DNA of 64,000 nucleotides from Euglena gracilis (taxonomy: Eukaryota). Position numbers and translations under genes: made by a program. The DNA lies in contig CP154954.1 of the NCBI GenBank assembly GCA_039621445.1, forward strand, positions 17,328,589-17,392,588, given 5' to 3'. Shown piece by piece: positions 13,201 to 25,200 of this stretch (its first letter is position 1; the number at the start of each line of letters is the position of its first letter). The notes beneath the pieces are model-generated. The model did not search any database. It saw only the letters and a list, made by a program, of their open reading frames with translations, and was not told where the DNA came from.

Positions 13201-16200
13201 TCCGCCCTCTGGGTTTCAACAAATTCCTGTGCCCTGCCCAGTTGTCTGCCTTGGGGGACAGGTCCCTGCCCCCAACCGCGTCGTGAGGGGAAAAACGTGG
13301 CAGTGGGGCGACGATGATGGGGGAGCTGGCAACGTGGGCGTCGTGACCACACCGTTGCTTCGGGGGTTTCCACCTCGCCCCCCCCCCAACGGGAGTGATT
13401 GATTGACTGCTTTTTTCCCCCATAAAATTGGGAATCCTCCTCCCAAGGGGTTGGTCAGCAACGGTGTGGCCGTGACGGAGGTGGACTTCAATGGCCCGGA
13501 ATGCGTCTGTGTCACGTGGCCGATCGGACCCAGCAAGCACAGCTCTACCCTCTGAGCTCCAACCATCTCTCCGACCCCCCCCCCCCGTCTTCGTAGACTA
13601 GACGGGGGTCCACGGCCGGCAAGGGCCGACCAGGTGCGACAAGGGCTGACTGTGACATAAAAGAATCCCATAGGTGGCTGTTTTTTGGCCATTTTTTTGT
13701 CCACCAATGACCATTTCCCCCCCACTTTTATCCACTTTTGCCTCAAGGAAGATGCAAGTCAAGAGGAGGAGAAGGAAGTTACCAAAAGTTAGCAGAAGCA
13801 GCCTCAAGCTGGCAGAAGTGGCTAAAAATTTGGCAGAAACAGCAAGTGGGCAAAAATTAGACGAAAGTCACCAAAAGCTGCAAAGAAGCCCAAAAGTCCA
13901 AAAGCACAAGCATTGACCAACAATGACCAAAAAGCAGTAGAAGCAGCCTAAAATAAGCAAAAGTGGGCAAAGAAAGCCAAACGTGACCAAAAATTTACCA
14001 CAAATCAAAAGCAGCCAAAATTGGCCAAAAAAGCAACCCGGAACACGGTGTATAAAAAGCAACCAAATGTGGTTTATAGCAGCCTAATTGGGGGGCGGGA
14101 ATGCCAAAAGCAGCCAAAAGTGGGCAATACCAACCCCTCCGCCTACCCCAAAATGCTGCCCCCTGGTATCGTGTTTGCTTTTTGCCTGGACTCTTTACCA
14201 ATTCCTTGATTCACAACTTTGGGGGAAGGGACACAGGCAGCCTGAGGGAGAAAGCCTAGTCCTGAGGAGCGGCGGCGCGGATTGTGAGTGCGACGGTACT
14301 ACACTCTGCGGCAGCAAGCCTGTTACGGGGAAGCGTCAGTTTGAACCGCCAGGGTGAGAGGGCTAAAATATGCGCCAGCAAGCCTGGTTACGCGGTGCAA
14401 TTTGCCCACAAAAAAAATTGACTACACAGTAGTTTAAAAGACCCATAAAAACAGTAAAAAAAAATTTGTTCAGTTTGCGCTTCATGTTCGAAAATTTTGG
14501 GAGGTTTTAAGCTTCGAAACAAAAGAAGCGAAAAATCACTGGGGCGCGGGGGCTAAAATATGCGGCAGCAAGCATGGTCCTGGGGTTGTCAGTGTGGATC
14601 GAGAGATCGAGGGGGTAAAAATTTTCGGCAGCAAGCCTCGTAGATCGAGAGGGCGAGGGGGCACAATTTGGGACAGCAAGCCTGGTCCTGGCGAGCAGCG
14701 GCGCGGATCGAGAGGGTGAGGGGGCTAAAATTTGCGGCAGCAATCCCGGTCTTCAGGAACATCGGCGTACATCGCGAGGTCGAGGGACCAAAAATTTGCC
14801 GCAGCATGTATGTGCCTGGGGAGCGACGGCATGGATGGCGAGGGCAAGGGGTTTTATGAGCTGTTGTTGGGCCCGACACATTTGAGGAGATGGAAGGGGA
14901 AAAATTGAAATGATGGTTATTTTCCCATGGTTACAGCCGGGAATGGGTTGGTCAAATCGCTACCAGAGGTCTCCAAATGTAGAACGTACTAAACTCAAGA
15001 AATTCTAAAGCCGAACCACTCTCTTGTCGATATTTCTCTGTTCGAGCTCGCACAGTGCTCGGAAAAGTTGTTCACGTCTTTAGTACAGATGACCGCGACT
15101 GGGAACGCGGCGGGATAATACTAATTGGACCTTGTTTGGTTTCTTTGATCGTTGAGCTGCCAAAGGTATGCAACACCCGTGATGTTTTTAAATGCTGCTT
15201 GTCTTCAGAGGAATGGACAAGTTTGTGGTCAGGAAATCAGTGTCGTTGTCAGTGGTGGACAATTTGAAAGAGGCTGTGAGGGCAGCACCACGAAGAAGAA
15301 GCGAAAGATCTCGGGATCCCCGTGGGGCTCATTGAAGGCAGAAGAAAAAGCCACAATGGCAGAGTTCTATGCCAACAACGGTGTGCTTCTCGCCCCTCTG
15401 TACTTTACTCTTGGCTTTAACTTAGGCTGGGCACGCACAAAATTACGGTTTGGTGTCAACTGTCCCCCCCGGACCACCTTGTATGGGTGGGTTGACAAGT
15501 ACGCCCATGGAATGGAGGTCGGCCACATCGGCCGGCCCACCTGTTTGACCCCCCAAGAGGAAGAGTATGTGCTGCAGGCCATGGCGGACCTTGAAAAGGA
15601 AGGAGCCACTGTGGACCGTGAAGTTCTGGCAGTCCTTGCAACAGAAGCAGCGCAAGTCCTCCGAGGAATCACGTTGGATTTGGGGCAGGGTTGGGCACAA
15701 AGCTTCAGGTTCAATTTTTTTTCAAATTCTGAAATCACAGCGGGTGTCATGTAGGAGGAGGCACAAATTGCCCCCCCCCCTTCCTTCCTCTTCTTTTTGA
15801 TTAAACCTGCATTTTCACAGGACTCGAAGCTCCCAATGGGTGAACCACACATGAAGCCTCTGCTGGTGCAGTGGATGTCGGCGTGGTTGGAGGAAGACAA
15901 TTTGGAGAAGTTGATCAGAAGAAGTTGGGATGTTGTGACGCGGCAACTGGAACCAGGAGAGTGCCCCACAGGTGTGCATCACTCTAGTGGACACGGCCCC
16001 TCCCCCGCCCCTGCAGATGGACAGGAAGCTGCAGAAGATTCAGACGATTCCAGTTTGTCTGACGGTTCACTTCAGCAGGTGGCAGACGTTCTATGTTTAA
16101 AATGGAGCCAAATTATTCTGCTTTCAGGAAGTTTCTGACGAGTCGGATTACGGCATTGGAGGTGACCTGGACAGCGATTGGGCTGTACAGGATTTCGCTG

Positions 16201-19200
16201 CTGCGGAGGACCGTGATGTTGCTGAGGATGCGGCGCTGGGTGTTGCAAATGATTCGGCTGCGGTGTGTGCTGACTTCCCCCCAATGGACGTATCAGACAC
16301 CTATGCACATGTAATCAGGTTTTTTTTTGTTGTGGGGGGGACCTGCCGCAGTCTTAAAAAAAAACCCTCAATGTCATCCTCCCTGTGCACGTACTTTTCC
16401 TCTGTGCCTGCCCCTGTGCTGCACAGGACTGCGATGCTGTGGAGGAGAATGTGGGCTGTGGTGGTTGTCACGCAGACGCGGCGCTGGGTGCGGCTGAAGA
16501 TTTGGCTGCGGTGTGTGTCCTTTCCGGAAAGCATTTTTCCCCACCCGGTGGAACAAACATCCTCCCCCCTCCCCACCCCATGATGGCAACATTCCGGCAG
16601 TGATCAGTCCCACTTTGCCTTGGTCTATTGTGATCCCCAGCCCCGTGTTGCGTAGGACAACGGGGCAGTGGAGGCGACTGTGGGTGTTCAAGCTGAACCT
16701 CATGGTGACCATGGGCCCCCTGCGGCTGAACAACCTGCCGAGGCGAGCGCGGCAACAGATCGCCACACAGGCATTCATACCCGGGAGTCTTCGGGGGGGG
16801 GTCCCGCGGCACCCTGGGTGGGTGGGGGGCAGGCAACTGACCAACCCCCCGGGGGGTGGGTGACTGGTTTTTTCAGAGTGACTGACTGGTTTTTGGCCCC
16901 AGGGTTCGATATAAGGAGGCCGTGCACGGTGGGGGGGGTCCCCCCATCCCCCCCCCTGCAAGGGGGGTCAGGACCGACCCTGGGGGGGGGGCAGGGTTTT
17001 TTAGTCGTGGACCCCCGGGGGGCGGGTCCGTCACCTGACCCTCCCCGGGGGGGGTCCCGCGCCGGAGGTGGGTGGGTGGGGGGGGACCCCCCCACCCCCC
17101 CCCCCCCCGGGGGCGTAAAAAAAAGCCCGAACCCCCCAGGGGCGGTGGGGGGACCCCCCCACCATCTTAAAAAACCTGACCCCCCCAAAAGGGTCATTTT
17201 TTTCGTCCGGCGCTGCGCGCCAAAATTTTTTGTCATTTCTGGCACGTTTTTGCCCAAAAACGGCACTTTTGGTCGTTTTTTTTGCTTTTCATTGCATTGC
17301 ATAGGTTTTTAGTTATTCGTTGTTGCGATTTTTCGGTCGTTTTCGGGGAAACGTTTGTACCCCCCGCCTTCAAGGTGGGGGGGGGCAGGTGGGGGGGCCC
17401 GTCCTGGTCTGAAATAAAACAAAATAGAAAAATGTCTGCGTTTGAGTTTTACTCCGCCTTGCTTTGGGTTTGCGGCCACGGAATTGAAGCTGCTGAACCT
17501 GGGAACGTCCTCAGGGTCCCGTTTCTCAATTTCTCTGTGGAAAAGGATCCTGCCCTTGTCCATCGACACGTGTTGCCATACGCGACACTTTGCGATTGAG
17601 ACTTTTGAATTTTCAACAGATGCACCTGTCCGCACCTGTTTCGCATTTCCTCCGATTCATCTGTTGCGGGTCTTGGGGGCATGTTCAGGAATCCCCACCT
17701 CCGCCTCCCTTTTTTTTTGACGGGTTGGCGTTTTCCCCCAGGCGTTTTCCCCAGGAAAGTGTTCAAAAAGATGCGCATTTTTGGATCGATTTTCAAAGAA
17801 AAATCTGTGGTTTTGACCGATTTCGGCCCCCCCCCTGAGTTTCGAGGTAGGGGGGGGGTGGCGATCACCCCCCCTCCATCCTTCACTGGGCGACTCTCGG
17901 AACAACGGCAGTAAAAAAAATTGTCTCCCTTACCATCGGGGCAGGTAAGGAAAATTACATACCCCCTGACGGGAGGCAGCGGGGGGACTCATGACGAAAC
18001 ACATACCAAAAAAACAACCGTCGACAAAAGTCTGTTCGAGCGGAGCCGGCCGTCGGCATTTTATTGGACGAGAAATTACTTCTCGACATTCATGCCAGCC
18101 GAGATTCGGAGCGGGGAGGTAACTGGCATATTCTGAATGAGTGTTTCGGGAGTGTAAGAAATTAATGCAGTCGCCAACTCAAGTTTCCCGCAAGCAATTG
18201 CCGCGAAACGAGCTAGTGGAGGGAGGGCTAAAAAGAAACGCATGGTTCTGTAGACCAACATAACCATGGCATTGATTGTCAGTGGGGATGTACTCAAAGC
18301 AAATTGAACGATTGGTGCTATCGAAATTTGTCCCAATTAAATAAATTAAAACAGGGGTGGGAACCAGGGAGTGCGGCCCAACAACGTTTGGTGTATTGTT
18401 TCAAGGGGGCTGTGCCAGGCAGGGGGGGTTTCAAAATTTAGGTGAGGCATGCCAAAATGTTGTTGCCTTTGTGAGGAAAACCAAAAAAAAACGTCCCCTT
18501 GGTTGACCAAGCCCTGTCAGGTGAAAGGGTGGGTTCCTCTTGTAGCAAGCCTGGTCCAGGGGATCGTCGGCGTGGACCGCGTGGGGGAGGAGGCTGAGAT
18601 TTGTGGCAGCAAGTCTGGTCCTGGGGAGCGCATGGATTCTCGCTGATGCGGATCGCAAGTGCGGGAGTTGTTGGGCCCAGATATAATGAGGAGATGGAGG
18701 TAGGGTTTAGGAGAGGTTAAAATGATGAGGTTGGTTCATGGTTACAAAACTTGGGATTTTGGACGTCTGGGAATGGGTTGGAAGACTGGCATGTTTTGAA
18801 TGAAGTCTGAAGGTTGTATGAAACTGATGCAGGCGCCCAAGTACTTCAGGTTTCCCACACGAATCAATACGGGTTTGAGAGTCAGGAGACATGGTGCCTT
18901 CGCACGGGAAACCAAAAAGAAGAAGAAAAAGATCAACGTCCCGTCATTCTTGTCTAGTCGTTCATCAAGCCCTGTTAAATGAAGGGTGGGTTCATCTTGC
19001 AGCAAGCCTGGTCCTGGGAGGGTCGGGCGTGGATTGTGAAGACGAGGATGCTGAAATTTGCTGTGCAGGTCTGGTCCAGCGGAGCGGCGGCGTGGATCGC
19101 GCGGGCAAGGAGTTTTATGAGTTTATGTGTGAGGAGATGGGGATGAGGTCGGGTTTAGGAAATGTTAAAATGTTTTATTTCAAAGCTGAACTGGGATTAT

Positions 19201-22200
19201 GGATGTCCAGGGACTTTCGGGGGCCGGGTTGGACAAATGGCCAACCGGCATGTTATGAATGACAGTCTCGGGAGGGTATGAAAATGACGCAAATTACATA
19301 AATCAAATCTGTTGTGAAACGAGCTGGTGGGGAGAGGGAGGAGAGAATTAAAAAAAAAATCATGCTTCTGTGGGCGCAAAGAACAATTTGTGTGGGGCCG
19401 ACATAACCACAACATTGTTATTTTTTTTCCAGTAAGCTCAAAAAAAACCCCAGGTGGGAACCAGGGAGTTGGGCCCGTCAAAATTTGGTGTTTTCAGGTG
19501 ACAGGCAGACGGGTTTGAGGGTTTAGGTGAAGAATGACTTAATTGAATCAAATTTTGAGCCAGTTGAAACAGGACGGACGGAGCCAGGGTGGTGAAAATT
19601 GACGAACCCCAGGGGGTTTGCACACACAGCAAAGCACTCTGAAATTCCCCTCCCTCTGGTGGGGTGGTGCTTACCTGGTCGTTGACCGGAAAAAAAAATT
19701 CGGGAAAATGGCCTTTTCAGGTCTAAGCGCGCCGCCGGCGCTGGGAGTCATGCAAGTCCCCAAGCACTTTTGGTCTGAACCCTACCCCCCCCCCCCGGGG
19801 TGAGATCTGTGGGCCTTGGAGTGTGTGCCCAGGCAGGCATCCAAACCCCAAACCACCCTGCAAGTTGGCACCGCATTGAAATTCGGCCTAGAGGGGAATA
19901 GGGCCCTCAAAATTTGCTGCAGTTTGTGTTTTTGGGGGGTGTTTACCTGCCAGGAGTGCTTGGAATTTAAGGTGAGTAAATTAGGTACTGGAGATTCGCC
20001 TCAGAGCGGGTTGGAAAGGTCTGGAAACATAACTCTGTATGGGAAGAGGATAAAAGGAAAAAAGAAAAAAAAAAGCAGAGAGAAAAAGGCTTGGTATCAA
20101 CCGGCGTATACCTAAGCCTATTTGTTGAAAAGGTTGGTTTGTCCGGGTAAAAACCTGGCCCAGGGGAGCGGCGAACTGGTTCGCGAGGGCGAGGGGTGTC
20201 AAAGTTTTCGGCAGCAAGCCTTACCCCGGGGGAGCGGCGGAGTGGTTCGCGAGGGCGAGGGGTTCAAAGTTTTCGGCAGCAAGCCTAACCCCCGGGGGAG
20301 CGGCGGAGTGGTTCGCGAGGGCGAGCTCCCCCCCCCCAGTGTGGTGTCTGAGAGGAGTCCATCAGGCTTCTGGCTGGTCTCAATTGATACTGAAATCCTG
20401 GGGGGAAAAAAAAACAAATGCAGCTTGGTTGGAATGCCCATTCAAAAATTAGACAGCAAGCCAAAAAGCAGGGGAAAAAAAATTGCCATAAAGACCATTG
20501 TAGCCATTTTCGCCCCAATCCCAACGTAGGTGGTGTTCAACTTTTCGGCAGCAAACCTTACCCCAGGGCAGCGGCGCAGTGGCTCACGAGGGCGAGCCCC
20601 CCCCCCCCCCCCGCCGCCTAAAAGGTGGTGTCCGAGACGGTTCCTCCAGGCTGCTGCATTGTCTCGACTGGCACCAAAATACTGGAAAAAAAGATTGAGT
20701 TCGGTTGAAAGTTTGCGGCAGCAACAGAACCCGGGGTAGCGGCGGAGTTGCTCCTGAGGGCGAGCCCCCCCCCCCCAGAGGGTGATGTACGAGAGGGGTT
20801 CATCAGGCTGCTGGCTGGTCTCGACTGTTGAACCAAAAAATCGGCAAAAATGCAGCTTGGTTGGAATGCCCATCCAAAAATTAGACCGCAAGCCAAAAAA
20901 AAACTGCCATAAAACATCATAGGCGGTGTCCAAGTTTTCGGCAGCAAGCCTTACCCCAGGGCAGCGGCGCAGTGGCTCACGAGGGCGAGGGGTCCCCCCC
21001 CCCCACAGGAGGTGTACGAGAGGGTTCCATCACGCTGCTGGCTGGTCTAGACTGGTACCAAAATCTTGAAGGAAAAAAAATTGAGCTCGATTGAAAATTT
21101 GCGATAGAAACCTCACCTTGGGGCAGCGGCAGAGTGGTTCGTGAGGGCGGGCAAACCCCCCCCACAAGCGCGATGTACGAGAGGGGTCCATCAGGCTTTT
21201 GGCTGGTCCCACTCTGGAACCCAAATTATGGGGGAAAAAATTAAGCTTGGTTGGAATGCCCATCCAGAAATTTGACAGCAGGCCAAAAAAAAAACTCTGA
21301 CATAAAACAACGTTTCAGTCATTATGACCAGACCAGCTGACAACATGGGCGGTGTCAAAGTTTTCGGCAGCAAGAATTACCCCGGGGGAGCGGCGGAGTG
21401 GTTCGCGAGGGCGAGGGGTGTCAAAATTTTCGGCAGCAAGCCTTACCCCGGGGGAGCGGCAGAGTGGTTCGCGAGGGCGAGGGGTGCCAAAGTTTTCGGC
21501 AGCAAGCCTTACCCCAGGGGAGCGGCGGAGTGGTTCACGAGGGCGAGGGGTGTCAAAGTTTTCGGCAGCAAGCCTTACCCCGGGGGAGCGGCGGAGTGGT
21601 TCGCGAGGGCGAGGGGTGTCAAAGTTTTTGGCAGCAAGCCTTACCCCGGGGGAGCGGCGGAGAGGTTCACCAGGGCGAGCCCCCCCCCCCAGATTGTGGT
21701 GTCTGAGAGGAGTCCATCAGGCTTCTGGCTGGTCTGAATTGATACTGAAATCCTGGGGGAGAAAAGAAAAACAAATGCAGCTTGGTTGGAATGCCCATTC
21801 AAAAATTAGACAGCAAGCCAAAAAGGGAAAAAAAAATTGCCATAGAAACCATTGTAGCCATCTTCGCCCCAATCCCAACGTAGGTGGTGTTCAACTTTTC
21901 GGCAGCAAACCTTACCCCAGGGCAGCGGCGCAGTGGTTCACAAGGGCAAGCCCCCCCCCCCCTAAAGGGTGGTGTCCGAGACGGTTCCACCAGGCTGCTG
22001 ACTTGCCTCGACTGGCACCAAAATACTGGAAAAAAAAGATTGAGTTCGGTTGAAAGTTTGCGGCAGCAACCTAACCCGGGGTAGCGGCGGAGTTGCTCCT
22101 GAGGGCGAGCCCCTCCCCCCCCCTCCCCAGAGGGTGATGTACGAGAGGGGTTCATCAGGCTGCTGGCTGGTCTAGACTCTTGAACCAAAAAATCTTGGCA

Positions 22201-25200
22201 AAAGTGCAACTTGGTTGTAATGCCTATCCAAAAATTTGACAGCAAGCCAGAAAGACAAAACAAATTTGCCATAAAACATCATAGGGGGTGTCCAAGTTTC
22301 CCGCAGCAAGCCTTAGCCCCAGGGCAGCGGCGCAGTAATCCACGAGGGCGAGGGGGGTCCCCCCCCCCCCACAGAAGGTGTCCCAGAGGGTTCCATCACG
22401 CTGCTGGCTGGCCTAGACTGGTGCCGAAATCCTGGGGGGAAAAAAAATTGAGCTCGGTTGAAAATTTGCGGCAGCAACCTCACCTTGGGGCAGCGGCAGA
22501 GTGGTTCGTGAGGGACAGCCTCCTCCCAAGAGAGTGATGTAGGAGAGGGGTCCATAAGGCTTCTGGCTGGTCCCCACTTTGGAACCCAAATTACAAAAAA
22601 AAAACGGCTTGGTCGGAATGTCCATCCAGAAATTCAACAACAAACCAAAAAAAAAACAACCATAAAACCATAAACCATAAACCATAAAACAGCATCTGGG
22701 GGAGCGGCGGAGTGGTTCGCGAGGGCGAGGGGTGTCAAAGTTTTCGGCAGCAAGCCTTACCCCGGGGGAGCGGCGGAGTGGTTCGCGAGGGCGAGGGGTG
22801 TCAGAGTTTTCGGCAGCAAGCCTTACACCGGGGGAGCGGCGGAGAGGTTCATGAGGGCGAGGGGTGTCAAAGTTTTCGGCAGCAAGCCTTACCCCGGGCG
22901 AGCGGCGGAGTGGTTCATGAGGGCGAGGGGTGTCAAAGTTTTCGGCAGCAAGCCTTACCCCGGGGGAGCGGCGGAGTGGTTCGCGAGGGCGAGGAGTGTC
23001 AAAGTTTTCGGCAGCAAGCCTTACCCCGGGGGAGCGGCGGAGTGGTTTGCGAGGGCGAGGGGCGTCAAAGTTTTTGACAGCAAGCCTTACCCCGGGGGAG
23101 CGGCGGAGTGGTTCGCGAGGGCGAGGGGTGTCAAAATTTTCGGCAGCAAGCCTTACCCCGGGGGAGGCGGAGTGGTTCGCGAGGGCGAGGGGTGTCAAAG
23201 TTTTCGGCAGCAAGCCTTACCCCGGGGGAGCGGCGGAGTGGTTCGCGAGGGCGAGCTCCCCCCCAGAGTGTGGTGTCTGAGAGGAGTCCATCAGGCTTCT
23301 GGCTGGTCTGAATTGATACTGAAATCCTGGGGGAAAAAAAAACAAATGCAGCTTGGTTGGAATGCCCATTCAAAAACTAGACAGCAAGCCAAAAAAAAAA
23401 ACTGCCATAAAAACCATTGTAGCCATCTTCGCCCCAATCCCAACATAGGCGGTGTTCAACTTTTCGGCAGCAAACCTTACCCCAGGGCAGCGGCGCAGTG
23501 GTTCACAAGGGCGAGCCCCCCCCCCCTAAAGGGTGGTGTCCAAGACCATTCAACCAGGCTGCTGACTTGCCTCGACTGGCACCAAAATACTGGAAAAAAA
23601 AGATTGAGTTCGGTTGAAAGTTTGCGGCAGCAACCTAACCCGGGGTAGCGGCGGAGTTGCTCCTGAGGGCGAGCCCCTCCCCCCCCCCAGAGGGTGATGT
23701 ACGAGAGGGGTTCATCAGGCTGCTGGCTGGTCTCGACTGTTGAACCAAAAAATCGGCAAAAATGCAGCTTGGTTGGAATGCCCATCCAAAAATTAGACAG
23801 CAAGCCAAAAAAACAAAAACTGCCATAAAACATCATAGGGGGTGTCCAAGTTTTCGGCAGCAAGCCTTACCCCAGGGCAGCGGCGCAGTGGTTCACGAGG
23901 GCGAGGGGTCCCCCCCCCACAGGAGGAGTCCGACAGGGTTCCATCACGCTGCTGGCTGGTCTAGACTGGTGCCGAAATCCTGGGGGAAAAAATTGAGCTC
24001 GGTTGGAGATTTGTGGCAGCAACCTCACCTTGGGGCAGCGGCAGAGTGGTTCGTGACGGACAGCCTCCTCCTAAGAGAGTGATGTACGAGAGGGGTCCAT
24101 CAGGCTTCTGGCTGGTCCCCACTCTAGAACCCAAATTATAAAAATAAAAAAAAATCAGCTTGGTTGGAATGCCCATCCAGAAAATTGACAGCAAGCCAAA
24201 AAAAAACCATAAAACCATAAACCATAAAAATAAAAACCACAAAACAGCGTCCGGGGGAGCGGCGGAGTGGTTCGCGAGGGCGAGGGGTGTCAAAGTTTTC
24301 GGCAGCAAGCCTTACCCCATGGGAGCGGCGGAGTGGTTCGCGAGGGCGAGGGGTGTCAAAGTTTTCGGCAGCAAGCCTTACCCCGGGGAGCGGCGGAGTG
24401 GTTCGCGAGGGCGAGGGGTGTCAAAGTTTTCGGCAGCAAGCCTTACCCCGGGGGAGTGGCGGAGTGGTTCGCGAGGGCGAGGGGTGTCAAAGTTTTCGGC
24501 AGCAAGCCTAACCCCGGGGGAGCGGCGGAGTGGTTCGCGAGGGCGAGGGGTGTCAAAGTTTTCGGCAGCAAGCCTTACCCCGGGGGAGCGGCGGAGTGGT
24601 TCGCGAGGGCGAGGGGTGTCAAAGTTTTCGGCAGCAAGCCTTACCCCGGGGAGCGGCGGAGTGGTTCGCGAGGGCGAGGGGTGTCAAAGTTTTCGGCAGC
24701 AAGCCTTACCCCGGGGAGCGCCGGAGTGGTTCGCGAGGGCGAGGGGTGTCAAAGTTTTCGGCAGCAAGCCTAACCCCGGGGGAGTGGCGCAGTGGTTCGC
24801 GAGGGACAGCGGTGTTCAAGTCGCTGTTGGTCCAGGGATGTTGAGAAAAAGTCAGGTCGAGGACGTTGAGGCGTAAGATGGTTGCTATAACAGAATTTGA
24901 CAGTTACAAAACCTTGGAATTTGTATGTCCAGAGCAAGGTTGCCAATTGCTGTCTGCAAAATATGTGTGTCACAAGGGTTTTGTCGTGATGCCGTTGCAC
25001 AAATGCCTCATTGTACCTTTATCTTTTTCTGCGGTGGTGGATGCGGAAAATGAAATTCAACAATACTCGATTGTCGAATTATATTACCAAATTTCTGTCA
25101 TTCGCAATCAAAAAGAAATTTATACTACAGAAAAATCATCATACAATTCTGAATCTGTGCTCACTTCATCAAGCCAGCCTGCACAATTCATCCAGCAAAA

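Noticed and set aside
20320-24120. Hammerhead ribozyme in the satellite (minus-strand CTGATGA and CGAAA)
   Set aside because: CTGATGA occurs in only some units (others have CTGATGG), and I could not build stems I-III around the motifs.
20155-24806. CRISPR-like repeat/spacer array
   Set aside because: The inserts are homologous to each other and recur in fixed order, the repeat is 66 bp, there are no cas genes and the context is eukaryotic.
21324-24876. Long repeat-protein ORFs in the satellite
   Set aside because: All three + frames are open, 65-bp monomers switch frame freely and there is no third-position bias, so this is a by-product of a stop-free monomer.
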